Below are positions 36,579-47,471 of a DNA stretch of 56,495 nt, in pieces (within the stretch, counting starts at the first letter, position 1; every line of letters begins with the position of its first letter). Both the position numbers and the translations under genes were made by a program. The notes under the pieces were generated by a model. It searched no databases. It worked only from the letters and a program-made list of their open reading frames with translations, and was not told where the DNA came from. The DNA is from a virus (taxonomy: Duplodnaviria; Caudoviricetes), in the IMG/VR virus record IMGVR_UViG_3300021962_000129, positions 1 to 56,495 of that record; one strand, written 5' to 3'.

Positions 36579-38188
36579 AGTTCAAATGCCATTATAATTG
36601 ATAAATTATTTAATTGAATAACTTCATTAAATTGTAATCTAATTGTTTGAGGTAAATTGTCTAAAGTAGCATACCTAACTTCAGGAACTTGATCAAAAAT
36701 TTCTCTTGTAATTTCTTGAGAAGAAAAGGTTCTACCAAATTCAATATTATCTACATTAAAAAAATTAACTATAACGTTTTGTACTGCTAATTTAATTTCT
36801 GATTCACGTTGTCTATAAATAGCATCACATTTAATTGTAAATATTGGATCGATTGTCCTAACTAACCCATCAACAGCCACGACTTCATCAGTCAACATCT
36901 TTTTAGGTTCTATCGCTGTTAATAATTGTCTTTTAAATTCTGGTGTTGCTCTTTTAAATTGAGTGGCACTGGCTTTTTCTAAAACATAAAGATCAATAAT
37001 ATTAGCGGAAGAGAAAGCTTTTCTAACAGTAACTGTTCCTTTTCCTACTGTACCAAGACTACTTTTGAAAGTATTTACAAAAGATCTGTAATCGTCTAAA
37101 GTAACTAATCGATCTTGTGATTTATATAAAAGAGGTGCGTACCGTTTAGCGTTTTCAATAGTTTGAGCCGGAGAACCTCCTGCTGCTAGCGATATATTCT
37201 CTACTGTTCCGGTGTCAGACCCTAAGTTAGAATTAGAAGAGTTATAGAATTCTACCGTTATGGGAGCATTTATTGTGCTCTTACCTACGTTACCTCTTGT
37301 TCCTCCTCCTGTTCTATAATAAACAACATAATTATCTCCAATATTTGGAGACTTTCCTAAAAGATTATCGCCAAAAAATATTTGACCTGTAAAGGATTCA
37401 TCAGTTGCTAACTGAAAAACCTTATCATTTGGTCCTGATGCATAAAAAATGTTTTCAACTTGAATATAATTTCCTGTTGTTTCTGCTGCTCCTTCAATTA
37501 ATACTTGAACACTACCTTCAATAATCGGTGATTGATTTAATTGAATTGTTTTTATAGCATCAGTCTCTGTAAAAATACCTTCTTGTTTTACATAATTACC
37601 TTCTAAAAACATCAAATTTGTTAATATTGAACTAGTAGTAGCTTCTGATTTAAAAATTTCTAAGTCATCTGATGGATCATCAAAAATAACTTTTCCATCT
37701 GGTGAAGTTTTATATAAAGTAAAAGATAATTGAGACGAATCTTCTGGAGATGTAACTGTAACAACTCTTTGTGATGACGATATTCTTACATAATCTGAAG
37801 AGTTAGACCATTTAGCATTTTGAAAAGTTATACGAGCATTCGCAGCCGACGCTGTAGGTCCTCTTAATCTAATACCTATTAATGATAACAATTTTCTAAC
37901 ACTTGATCTAGTTCTTGCCGTTGCTAAATAATTTTCATTAGCTAGATAATCTGCCTTGTAAGATAGCATATGTCCCATAGCAGCAGTTAATTCTAAGAAC
38001 ATTACGCCCATGTCCGATGCAACAAAAAAATTATAATCTAAAGGATAAGCAGCTCTAATATAATTAACTAAGTTATTTCGCAAAGATAAAAAATCTGTTG
38101 CTGCAAAGTCTAACAAAGATTCTTTTTTAGAATCGTCTAATCTAACTTTTTTCAAAAAGTCGGATGTAATTGCTCCTTGGAATGCCAT
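36575..38188 (-). CDS. Baseplate wedge protein (T4 gp6 / baseplate J-like)
   Basis: DFLSLRNNL, ENYLATARTRSSV, FGD..LGK.P, YRTGGG..GN, QDRLVTLDDY. Confidence 0.9.
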   Translation of the reverse strand: MAFQGAITSDFLKKVRLDDSKKESLLDFAATDFLSLRNNLVNYIRAAYPLDYNFFVASDMGVMFLELTAAMGHMLSYKADYLANENYLATARTRSSVRKLLSLIGIRLRGPTASAANARITFQNAKWSNSSDYVRISSSQRVVTVTSPEDSSQLSFTLYKTSPDGKVIFDDPSDDLEIFKSEATTSSILTNLMFLEGNYVKQEGIFTETDAIKTIQLNQSPIIEGSVQVLIEGAAETTGNYIQVENIFYASGPNDKVFQLATDESFTGQIFFGDNLLGKSPNIGDNYVVYYRTGGGTRGNVGKSTINAPITVEFYNSSNSNLGSDTGTVENISLAAGGSPAQTIENAKRYAPLLYKSQDRLVTLDDYRSFVNTFKSSLGTVGKGTVTVRKAFSSANIIDLYVLEKASATQFKRATPEFKRQLLTAIEPKKMLTDEVVAVDGLVRTIDPIFTIKCDAIYRQRESEIKLAVQNVIVNFFNVDNIEFGRTFSSQEITREIFDQVPEVRYATLDNLPQTIRLQFNEVIQLNNLSIIMAFEL

Positions 38189-38189
38189 A

Positions 38190-38651
38190 TTAAACCTCTA
38201 TGTTAACTTCAAATAAAGAATTTTCTTCTTCTTTAATTTTACAAAATAATTTTATTGTTAAGTTTGCAACAAATCCAGCATCTGACAAACTTTGTGTATA
38301 TAATTTTAAATCTTTTATTTCTACATAAGGAGCATAATCTTTAATTACTTTTACTATATAAATTTTTAAATCTTCTATTAATAAATCTGTTAAAGGTTGA
38401 AATAAATATCTCTTTATGTCTAACCCATAATTAGGTAGCATAAATCTTTCACCGGGTGATGTTTTTAAAAGTTGAGTAATGTTTCTTTTTATTATTTTTG
38501 GTCCACTAATTAAAGAAATATATCCCGTCGAAGGATTTTCGTGCATAGGATAAGTTAAACCATAAAGATTAAATAGCTTAGATTTGGATCTAAGATTGGC
38601 CTCTTTTGTGTTTTCAAAACCTATTACAGTTGTATCTAAATTAACAGCCAT
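38190..38651 (-). CDS. Baseplate wedge / sheath initiator (T4 gp25-like)
   Basis: LLKTSPGERFMLPNYG...YLFQP motif. Confidence 0.9.
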   Translation of the reverse strand: MAVNLDTTVIGFENTKEANLRSKSKLFNLYGLTYPMHENPSTGYISLISGPKIIKRNITQLLKTSPGERFMLPNYGLDIKRYLFQPLTDLLIEDLKIYIVKVIKDYAPYVEIKDLKLYTQSLSDAGFVANLTIKLFCKIKEEENSLFEVNIEV

Positions 38652-38652
38652 G

Positions 38653-41268
38653 TTATATTTCTATATTCTTAAAGAAGCTTTTTTGAGCTTCATAGTTATT
38701 TAGAACTTCATCAGAAGTTAAATATTTATTATAAAATTTAAAACTTCCTAAGTAACCATTTAAACCAGACTTCTGTCCTCCATATTGTCCTCCTAAGAAG
38801 TTCCCATTTGGGAATGCATCAGTGTAACCCCCACCTATAACCCAAGGAGTATACTTTACAGGCTCAATTCCATAACAGTATTCAGGAGCATTAGAAAGAG
38901 ATATAGCGGCATATTGGAGGCTATTAGCTTGAATCCAAGAAGGAACTTTCGGCATTTGTCTTTGTGATACTGGAAACACTAAGTTGATAGCAGAAGCCCC
39001 AATTAAAGATCCGTCTAAATAAACACTTAATAAATTTTCTATGGGGTTTAAAGTTATAGCTACATGACAAAAGCTACTTGTGATAGCACTAAATGATAAG
39101 TTATTATTTTCAGACAAAGGTTCATTTATTAACTTTTTAAAACAAAATGGTTCAAAAGTTGCAAAACAATTTCCTTCTTCTGCTACATCAGATTTATTTA
39201 TAAATCCTATTGTTGAAGCATCTAGTGATTGAGTTGGAGCTATAAAAAAACTAGTAGAGCTTGTGTAATTTAAATTATCGTTAGATTCTGCTGGCAATCC
39301 TTTTGTTATTCTTACATCTCTAGTAAACCCAATCAACAATCCTCTAACAACATCTGACCCAAAATTAGGAACTATCCTGTTTAGGTCTGGTTGAGCAGAC
39401 ACCCCTTCTTGTAGTCCAAAATTTTCATTAGCTAAAATTATTTGATATTGTTGTTGTACGCCTCCTGTGCTACTTGGAATAATACTAGAGGCATGTATCC
39501 AAAAGTCTATGGTTGCTCCTTGTTTTGAATACATCAAATCATTTAATTGTTTAGCCTCATTTAAAACAACACTATTATTCAATCCAATAATATCACCAGT
39601 CGAATTTAATTTAACAATACCATTTAAATATGGAATACCTAAACCTTTATTAAATACTGATTCAATACTTGACGAAATTAGTTTACCATTTAATAAGTTG
39701 TTATTTGTTACACAGTTGTCTAGTAAAAATTCTTGTGAGCTAGGAAGTTCAACATTTGTTTCTAAAAAATTGTAAACAGCTAATAATCTGTCTGTAACTA
39801 TTTTTGTTGATGCTGGAAGTATTGTAGCATCTGTTCCTGAATAAGAACTTGTACTTTGTAAAATGTTAGCTTCTCCAATTATGGATAGTGCTAAGTGATC
39901 TAATTCAGTTATTATATTATCTTTAGGTGGATTTACATATGTCGCAGATATAGGTAAAATTATTCCATCAACATCATCAAAATCTAAAGTTAGATTTTTT
40001 TGTTTTTCTATATCAAATAAAATGTTTCTATTTGATAAGTAAGAGAAATCATTTAATGGAATTTTTCCGGGAGAATATTTTGTTGAACCAAAAGTTATAG
40101 CTAACTCAATTTGTTTTTTTCTTTTATTTATTTTTTGTTGAAACGCTGCATTTTCAGATAATAATGATTGTCTTAAATTAAATATATCGGCTTCGCTAGA
40201 ATTAGAATCATTTTCTAAATCTACAATGTGTGAGGATAAATCATAAATTCTTTTATTCCTTTGAGCTATTAATTGTTCTAAATAATTATCTTGATCATAA
40301 TAAGGTCTAATTAAAGATGAATCATTTATTTTGTTTATGTCAAGAACATTGTTTACATACTCTTTAACTTCTTTACTTGATATTCCCTTACCTCGACCTC
40401 CAAGATTTGGGTCTTGTTCAAAATTCCAGAATATGTTATTCTGTAATTCATTTTTTCTTCTTGTTATTTCTGTGAATATTGGAGATAATCCGTTAGATTG
40501 GGAATCATAATAAATACCATCAACAGATAATATAAATTGACCTTTTTTAGTTTTGGGTGGTCCAAAAGACAATCTGAAGATTTCTTTTGGTTGTTCTACT
40601 ATTTGAGAAGGTTGTGCAAATAATGGTAATAAACCACTAGTATCTACAGTAGAATCAAATTTTGGCTCTAAGTTTGGGTTACGTCTTCTTCTAGCTAATT
40701 CAGAATCTATTCTATTAATTAAATCATCTGCTCTATTAATAAAAGCATTTGTATCATTTAAATAACTTAACTCACTTTCTAATCTATCCTTAACATATTG
40801 ATTTTGTGGACCCATAGCTCCAGCAGTCTGACCTTTTAAATTCTTTCCATATGATTCAATACAGGATTTAGCTTCTTGTATTTCATTATAAAGGTTTTGA
40901 TAATCTGCATATAAGGATGCTCCATAAGCTGTTAAAGCTTGAATGTACCCTTGAACTTGAGCTATCAATGAGAATAATTCTATGCCAAATAGTGAAAACT
41001 TTGAAAGAAATGCTAACCTACCATTCTCATCAATAATATCTTGAAGACCAAAAGTGTCTCTAATCCAAGCTATAAAAGCTTGGATATCTGCCTCCGCAGC
41101 CATTCTACCTTGTAGAACCTGCATTCTTATTAATGCTAATACAGGTGAGGGTAATAAAGACAATGCTTTAGCTCCTAAGTTTAACATACATGGAGGTACT
41201 CCCCCTTGTTGAGCTAAATTACCTAAAGGATCATCATCCTGCAAAAAAGATTCTACATTAAAGCCCAT
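38653..41268 (-). CDS. Virion protein with N-terminal helical region and C-terminal LamG/concanavalin-like domain
   Basis: TIDFWI, HVAIT, VYLDG, IGG, G.LGSFKFYNKYLT.DEV..NY. Confidence 0.7.
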   Translation of the reverse strand: MGFNVESFLQDDDPLGNLAQQGGVPPCMLNLGAKALSLLPSPVLALIRMQVLQGRMAAEADIQAFIAWIRDTFGLQDIIDENGRLAFLSKFSLFGIELFSLIAQVQGYIQALTAYGASLYADYQNLYNEIQEAKSCIESYGKNLKGQTAGAMGPQNQYVKDRLESELSYLNDTNAFINRADDLINRIDSELARRRRNPNLEPKFDSTVDTSGLLPLFAQPSQIVEQPKEIFRLSFGPPKTKKGQFILSVDGIYYDSQSNGLSPIFTEITRRKNELQNNIFWNFEQDPNLGGRGKGISSKEVKEYVNNVLDINKINDSSLIRPYYDQDNYLEQLIAQRNKRIYDLSSHIVDLENDSNSSEADIFNLRQSLLSENAAFQQKINKRKKQIELAITFGSTKYSPGKIPLNDFSYLSNRNILFDIEKQKNLTLDFDDVDGIILPISATYVNPPKDNIITELDHLALSIIGEANILQSTSSYSGTDATILPASTKIVTDRLLAVYNFLETNVELPSSQEFLLDNCVTNNNLLNGKLISSSIESVFNKGLGIPYLNGIVKLNSTGDIIGLNNSVVLNEAKQLNDLMYSKQGATIDFWIHASSIIPSSTGGVQQQYQIILANENFGLQEGVSAQPDLNRIVPNFGSDVVRGLLIGFTRDVRITKGLPAESNDNLNYTSSTSFFIAPTQSLDASTIGFINKSDVAEEGNCFATFEPFCFKKLINEPLSENNNLSFSAITSSFCHVAITLNPIENLLSVYLDGSLIGASAINLVFPVSQRQMPKVPSWIQANSLQYAAISLSNAPEYCYGIEPVKYTPWVIGGGYTDAFPNGNFLGGQYGGQKSGLNGYLGSFKFYNKYLTSDEVLNNYEAQKSFFKNIEI

Positions 41269-41275
41269 AATCTAT

Positions 41276-41283
41276 TATTTATA
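41276..41283 (-). promoter_or_regulatory. T4-type late promoter TATAAATA
   Basis: Exact consensus in a 22-nt gap, 7 nt before the ATG at 41268. Confidence 0.7.
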
Positions 41284-41290
41284 TATCGTA

Positions 41291-42535
41291 TTAAAAGAAT
41301 TTTGTACCTAATGGATACTCATTAGGAGTTACATTAACTGGAATATCAATTAAACTTCTAGCGGTTGCTGCGGCAGCAATAGCAGGGGTACTTAAATTAG
41401 AGTTTAAGAAAACTCCCGTTGTACCATCTACGTTTACATTAGTTCCATTTACATTAATTTGACCAGTAGATTGCAAGTTAATTGCGACTGGCGCAGTCAT
41501 GGTTATTGTTCTGTCTGCAATAAGGGATAAATCCCCACCTCTAATTTTAATTCTTCCACCTACACTTGGAGGTATTGTATGAGTTCCTCCAGCGTCGATT
41601 AGTATTTCTCCATTAGTTTTAACTTCAATTTTAGGACCGCCAACACCCGCTATTGCTGCTCCGGGAGCAGTAGGCAAAGTATTTAATCTTATAGTGACAC
41701 CAGTTCTTGAAACAACGACCGATGAATTTGCTGTTTCTAAAAATATTTTTCCTCCTTGTTGAAGACCTTCTAAAGGAACATAAACTGGGGCTTTGGCTAT
41801 TAAATTAATATTTTTAAATTTTGTAAATAAATTAACATTACCCGATCTGGGTCCAAATATACTTCCCATGGAAAAGAAACCACTTGATCTGTTTTCAATA
41901 ACTATGTCTTTACCATCATTAATCATTAGATCTATTCCGCCACGATCACTAACAAAATTTTGATTTAAAAAAGTTCTAGCTTCTAATGATCTTTTTGGTG
42001 GAGTTGGAATACCTATAGAAGACTCTGGTAACCCAGTTATTTTTAAATAATCTCCATGACCGTTTTCTAATCTAACACAATCTACTTCAGGAGATGAGTC
42101 TAATCTTAAAGCCTTTTTTCCACTATTTAAAACAGTTTTACTTATAATTCTATCTTTTGCTTTTTTAGTATCAATCTGTAATCCATCTTTTTGATCATTC
42201 TTAAACGTCATAGACCCCGGAGCACCATCTTGATACAACTGAGTTGAGTTGATTATTGGATCTTCTCTAGTATTATTATTTTGATCTTTTGTATTTGCTA
42301 CTGGGTTTGCTATTACAGTTGATAAATAGTAAGCTAATCTAGTTGATTGATTATAGTGAATTAATATTTCTGACCCTTCAGCGGGCGGAGAAAATATACC
42401 ACCTTTCCAGTTAGCATAATAAGGTGTTGTGTAAATAACATCTAAAGAATTTAATAATAATTCTTTGCATTGAACTTTTACTTTACCCGATCTAGTAAAA
42501 TCAAAATTAGACAAAACTTTTGCAGTATAAATCAT
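41291..42535 (-). CDS. Central spike protein (gp5 / VgrG-like OB fold plus beta-helix)
   Basis: AKV...D..RSGKVKV, GIFSPPAEGSEILI OB-fold motif; beta-rich C-terminal repeats. Confidence 0.72.
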   Translation of the reverse strand: MIYTAKVLSNFDFTRSGKVKVQCKELLLNSLDVIYTTPYYANWKGGIFSPPAEGSEILIHYNQSTRLAYYLSTVIANPVANTKDQNNNTREDPIINSTQLYQDGAPGSMTFKNDQKDGLQIDTKKAKDRIISKTVLNSGKKALRLDSSPEVDCVRLENGHGDYLKITGLPESSIGIPTPPKRSLEARTFLNQNFVSDRGGIDLMINDGKDIVIENRSSGFFSMGSIFGPRSGNVNLFTKFKNINLIAKAPVYVPLEGLQQGGKIFLETANSSVVVSRTGVTIRLNTLPTAPGAAIAGVGGPKIEVKTNGEILIDAGGTHTIPPSVGGRIKIRGGDLSLIADRTITMTAPVAINLQSTGQINVNGTNVNVDGTTGVFLNSNLSTPAIAAAATARSLIDIPVNVTPNEYPLGTKFF

Positions 42536-45500
42536 TAGACACTTCCAAAGTTTATATTTTTTCTTAGAGTAAATTCTGAATAGCTTTGAGGACCTTGAAA
42601 TTGTTTAAATTGCATTACATGTTTAAATCCAATTATTTGATAAAATCCAGACAATACGGAAGGTCTAGTAACCGAATCTGGTAATGATGAATTAACTATT
42701 CCAAAATATTTTGACCCTAAGTTCATATAATTTTTATAGAGCAAAACATATACTGGAGTATTAAGTGTATACAAATTACTTAATTGGAAATATGGAGGAG
42801 TTTTTACAGTTAATGTGTAAATCTTATTGAAAAGATGATTATTAATATGAAATTTTCTTAGTGCTTTTGAATAAACACTGCTTGTTTGTGTCATGTAAGT
42901 TTTTACAAACTCTATAACTCCTTTCTCATCTCTACCATAAAGATAATTTTGTAACAAATCATTAATTATATTTCCCACAAAAACTTCTTGTTGTTGTTGA
43001 GCCGACTGTTGCAGTGTTTGAGCTAAGTCTTGTTCTCTTCGCGTTTCTTCATCAGTCTTATTAGATTTTTGTTTCAAAGATAAAAGTTCACTATACTGAT
43101 TTTTTTGTTCAGAAGTTCCAATTATATTTAAAGAATCAACTGTTCCATAATTTGGGTTATTAATCTTTATTGCATCACTTATTTTATTTTTTACTGATTC
43201 TAGTATATTAGAATCATAAGTTGTCATAAATCTTTTTATTTCTGTTTTTGCATCATCTAAAACTTTTTGATCACCTATAAGATCAATTATTGCAGGAAGT
43301 GTAGCTGATACTAGACTATCGTCTATTAAAACATTAGCAGTTTCTCTTATGTATGAATTATAAGAAACAAAACTATTAGTAGTGTCGGCTATTAAATTCC
43401 AAGTTATTATATTGGTGGAATTTCCTTCAGTGGGTTTATAGATAAATACTGGGAATGACCTTGTAGAACTAATGTTTAATTCTTTTGGTAATGTAGACTC
43501 TTTTGTCACTGCTTGATATAGAGCATCTCCATTAGTGGTCGGATTTGGAAAAATTATCCCCCAAAATTTACTAGGTCTTTCTAATTCAGAGAAGGGTAGC
43601 ATAATTCCGCTGTAATCAAATCCATGAATAACTTTATCAAGATATAAATAATTATTATAATCAGACCCTGTATTATAATTTTCAATGTCTATATCAGATA
43701 TTGGATAATCTTTTAATTTTCTATTATCAACAAACCCCTCCACTGGAGCATATAAATTATTTAATATCCAATCTTCATAAATAACTATTGCTGGCATAGT
43801 GGTATTACTTATTAAGGGTGTTTTTGTTTTTGATTTTGTCTTAAAATCGTAATCTATGTATTTACAAGTTTTGTTTAGTATTTCTAATCTTGAAAGATCA
43901 AACTCTTCTGAGAATCTAAAAATAAAATTATTACCAGCAACAGATCCAACTTTTATAGAAAAATTATTTAAAAATTCATTGAAGTCTATCATGTTAGGAG
44001 CTTTAACTGCTCCAGATTTATTAGGCTCGTTTGAATCAATAAAAAAACTAACTTTATATTTAGTTAAACTTGTAGGATCAACCCCCGCTTGAGCGGCAGT
44101 GAATTGACTAGCAGAGGTTAATTGATTAGCAGCACGAAAGTTTTCTAGTAAATTAAAACTTGGATCAGTAGACACTGCCCTTAATGCTTTTTCATATTTT
44201 ATTAAATATATTTCGTTTAATATTCCAATTAAAATTTTCTTTCTTTCTTGTAAAGTAATATCTCTTCTACTTCCAAGAACATACTTTGTGAACCCACCTC
44301 TCGATATGGTGTTTGTAGATTTAGTTAAAGTAATTAATTTTTCAATTAATCCTTCTCCGGGAACATCATATACTGTATAGCCTCCAATATATTGCTCTGA
44401 TAAATTTAATAAATTATTATTTAATAAGTATTCTTGATCTTGTTTATTAAAAGAAGCATCAAAGTCCGAATTAAATAATCTACCTTGTTGTTCTAATAAA
44501 TTTATATTTATAAGTCTAGTAGCGTTAAACCAATCATACTGGGTACTTGCTGATTCTATATTTGAAATAATATTGTCTAAAGCTTTTCTTAACTTAGAAA
44601 GAGATTGTACATCTGCTGCAGATAATTTATTTGTAGCCTCATAAATATTTTTTATTATATAATTTTCAACAAAAGTAAACCCTATCTGATTTAAAAATTG
44701 TTTTAATTCTACATAATCATTTAGTAAATCCGCATTAAATTTAAAATCAAAACTATTAGTAAGAGCATCTATTGCACTTTTAACTAAACTTCTACTTAAA
44801 GAATTTTTAAACTTTGTATAAATCTTTCCAAAATCTGGTAATAAAAGAATTATTTCTTTTCCATCACAAGCCTGTTTAAATAAGTCTCTTATTGTTTTTT
44901 TAATTGATGCATCTAAAGCTACGGGATCTTTACTAAGATCTTCAAAATTCCAATCTACCTCTATTTCAAATTTTCTAGTTTCGACATCTTTAAAAATACT
45001 TTCTGCTACATACAAGGATTTTTGTTTTGTAATGTCAGCTAAATGAGAAGATATATTTGGATGACCTGTTGTAATGAATTCTAAAAGAAGAACTCTATTA
45101 CCAAAATAATTTGAAGGAGCTTCATCTACAGTAGCTTTTAAATATTGAGAAGCTATCGCTGGTAAAAAAGTTTCATCTTTATTTATAAATACAAAGTAAA
45201 ATGTTCTCGTTAATAAAGCTTGATTTGAGTTTAAGCCATTTAATTGAGGTGTCCCAGCCAACCTAGATCGTCCCAACTCTAATCTTTGTTCATCATTTAA
45301 TTGAGCAACATAATCATTTAAGTTTCTAGAAAATCTTTGAATATCTAATAAGTTATTTAAAAATAATATTTCTAAATCACCTGTAAAATCTACTAAAGAC
45401 ATTTTAAACTTAAAATTATTTTCGGTGGCTGCATCACCGTAACCTAATGAAAATTCAGCAGAAATTAATCTAGAAAAACTATCGTTATCATAAGGATCAA

Positions 45501-45675
45501 CAAGCAAAGAATTTTTTTGTTCTTTAGTTAATGTAGAGTAAAGATTTTTAGCCATACCAACTCTATTGGTTCTCCCACTTAAATAATTTTTTGAAAAATT
45601 ATCTATACCAGACGTTGAAAAAATTTTTGCAACGTCAGGATCAGAAGTAACTAAAATTTTACAATAAGCTTGCAT
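42535..45675 (-). CDS. Putative baseplate hub protein (gp27-like, expanded)
   Basis: C-terminal LSGFYQIIGFKHVM...SEFTLRK; sits between the gp53-like and gp5-like genes. Confidence 0.6.
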   Translation of the reverse strand: MQAYCKILVTSDPDVAKIFSTSGIDNFSKNYLSGRTNRVGMAKNLYSTLTKEQKNSLLVDPYDNDSFSRLISAEFSLGYGDAATENNFKFKMSLVDFTGDLEILFLNNLLDIQRFSRNLNDYVAQLNDEQRLELGRSRLAGTPQLNGLNSNQALLTRTFYFVFINKDETFLPAIASQYLKATVDEAPSNYFGNRVLLLEFITTGHPNISSHLADITKQKSLYVAESIFKDVETRKFEIEVDWNFEDLSKDPVALDASIKKTIRDLFKQACDGKEIILLLPDFGKIYTKFKNSLSRSLVKSAIDALTNSFDFKFNADLLNDYVELKQFLNQIGFTFVENYIIKNIYEATNKLSAADVQSLSKLRKALDNIISNIESASTQYDWFNATRLININLLEQQGRLFNSDFDASFNKQDQEYLLNNNLLNLSEQYIGGYTVYDVPGEGLIEKLITLTKSTNTISRGGFTKYVLGSRRDITLQERKKILIGILNEIYLIKYEKALRAVSTDPSFNLLENFRAANQLTSASQFTAAQAGVDPTSLTKYKVSFFIDSNEPNKSGAVKAPNMIDFNEFLNNFSIKVGSVAGNNFIFRFSEEFDLSRLEILNKTCKYIDYDFKTKSKTKTPLISNTTMPAIVIYEDWILNNLYAPVEGFVDNRKLKDYPISDIDIENYNTGSDYNNYLYLDKVIHGFDYSGIMLPFSELERPSKFWGIIFPNPTTNGDALYQAVTKESTLPKELNISSTRSFPVFIYKPTEGNSTNIITWNLIADTTNSFVSYNSYIRETANVLIDDSLVSATLPAIIDLIGDQKVLDDAKTEIKRFMTTYDSNILESVKNKISDAIKINNPNYGTVDSLNIIGTSEQKNQYSELLSLKQKSNKTDEETRREQDLAQTLQQSAQQQQEVFVGNIINDLLQNYLYGRDEKGVIEFVKTYMTQTSSVYSKALRKFHINNHLFNKIYTLTVKTPPYFQLSNLYTLNTPVYVLLYKNYMNLGSKYFGIVNSSLPDSVTRPSVLSGFYQIIGFKHVMQFKQFQGPQSYSEFTLRKNINFGSV

Positions 45676-45681
45676 TATTAG

Positions 45682-45972
45682 TTATATTATAGGTATTAAT
45701 ATTCTATCACCTACATTAAGTTGATTAAAAGTATCTGAAATATTATTGAAATAACAAATTAACCAGTCTAAACTAGGAGTATTGTAAAATAAATTTGAAA
45801 TTAAATCTGCTCTATGTTCGTATCCCGCTGGGATATATCCAACTTTATAATTCCTTTTGTCTAAATTTGATAAAAAACCTTCAAATTGATCTGAGTTTAA
45901 AGAAGTAACTAACTTTTTGTTTTTATGAGTTACTGTTGAGTATCCCATAGTATAATGATTTTTGTATATCAT
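45682..45972 (-). CDS. LysM-like baseplate protein (gp53-like)
   Basis: RADLISNLFY....WLI..FNNI.D....L.VGDRILIP. Confidence 0.8.
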   Translation of the reverse strand: MIYKNHYTMGYSTVTHKNKKLVTSLNSDQFEGFLSNLDKRNYKVGYIPAGYEHRADLISNLFYNTPSLDWLICYFNNISDTFNQLNVGDRILIPII

Positions 45973-47471
45973 TAATTACCTCCCCTACTGACGTTAATAA
46001 CTGAATTTGGATTTGGGATTGCTTGTTGACCGGGACTAGCTTGTTGAGGAGGAGCACCTTGAATGGTACCTGCAGTTTCTTGATCTTGACCTTCATAAGC
46101 ATTAGACCATGATTCGGGTTGAGCGTGAAGATTTAAAGTTATTTCAAAAACATTAGCCATATGTGTAGGAACATCATAAGTAGTATTGTTAAATTCTTTA
46201 ATTTCATACCCTATTAATACTGAAGGAATATTATGAAATGCAGGACCATGTTTTAAATAAATAAATCTTCTCCCTGCTAAGGGTTGTTTAAAAGCCTCTT
46301 TAGAATTAGAATTACTTGAAAAATTAGAATTACCAAAAACATTAAATGATTTTATGGTGTTTATCCAAAATGTTATTAATTTTTGAGCTAAATAATAGTT
46401 ATTAGTTTCTGGGTTTTGAAAAGATTGAGAGTATAGGCCCGCAATGTTATTACTATTATCTGCATCGTTTATGTCATACAAATCTCTCATTAAATTTTTT
46501 CTTAAACCTTTATTTAAATTCTCATTTCTAGGATTATCTAATAAATATTGGGAATTTAAATTTAATCCGTCTTTAAATTTATCATTCGTAGCCTGAGTAT
46601 CTCTATCAAAAAATGCTCGCGCTGCTTTATCATAATTCTCTTTTGATTTAATTGTGAAATCTTCTTTCGATGATATTTTTGATTTATTTAACATTTCCGC
46701 TATATGAAAAGCGTTTAATTTAAAATTTATTGTAATATTAGCAAGATCAGTATGTGAAAAAGCAAATAAAGGATCAGATGAGCCTAAAACTGGGACTATT
46801 GAATACTGTGACCCTCTCTTTTCTTGAATTATAGGGTTTTCAAAGAATGGTAATAAAATTTTACCTTCAGATGTAACAAACATTATGTAAGAATTAAAAT
46901 TAGTTAATAACTCTAATTTTTTTATTGTAGAAATATTAGAAACTCTGTATTGATTATCCGAATTTTGAACAGGGTCTTGTAAAATAGGTGGCCTAGATCC
47001 TCCAATAAAATCTTGATTACCAATTGGATTAAGTCCAGTAAAGCCTGTAAATATATTTAAAGTAGTATTAGTGGTATCTCTAAGTATTTTGTATACAGGT
47101 TGCCTGAGATCACTTTTAGATATTGATTGGTCCTCTTTTTTTACTTTTGCTTCTAATTGTTGTGTATCTATTTGATTTGTTTTTAATTGAGGTGGATCTA
47201 TAAAATTGTAAGGACTAAAAGTAACTGCTTTATCATTGACACCAACTCCAACAGCAACAGTAGCTTCTTTAAGAGGTTCATATTTACTTCCTGAAGAGAA
47301 AAAACCTCTCCCTTGTTGTTGTATAATTAATGGCTTATCAATATTTCCATTAGTGTTTTCAAATTTTTGTTCTACAAGTTTTCCTGAGTTTCCTTGTATA
47401 GCACCGACAGAAGATTGAACTCTTCTACCGTCTAAACCCAACACATCTGCTTTTGATCCTTGATTAACCAT
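45972..47471 (-). CDS. Putative tail tube initiator (gp48/gp54-like)
   Basis: Position after the tape measure; LPFFENP..QE...Y....VLG.S.P pattern. Confidence 0.5.
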   Translation of the reverse strand: MVNQGSKADVLGLDGRRVQSSVGAIQGNSGKLVEQKFENTNGNIDKPLIIQQQGRGFFSSGSKYEPLKEATVAVGVGVNDKAVTFSPYNFIDPPQLKTNQIDTQQLEAKVKKEDQSISKSDLRQPVYKILRDTTNTTLNIFTGFTGLNPIGNQDFIGGSRPPILQDPVQNSDNQYRVSNISTIKKLELLTNFNSYIMFVTSEGKILLPFFENPIIQEKRGSQYSIVPVLGSSDPLFAFSHTDLANITINFKLNAFHIAEMLNKSKISSKEDFTIKSKENYDKAARAFFDRDTQATNDKFKDGLNLNSQYLLDNPRNENLNKGLRKNLMRDLYDINDADNSNNIAGLYSQSFQNPETNNYYLAQKLITFWINTIKSFNVFGNSNFSSNSNSKEAFKQPLAGRRFIYLKHGPAFHNIPSVLIGYEIKEFNNTTYDVPTHMANVFEITLNLHAQPESWSNAYEGQDQETAGTIQGAPPQQASPGQQAIPNPNSVINVSRGGN

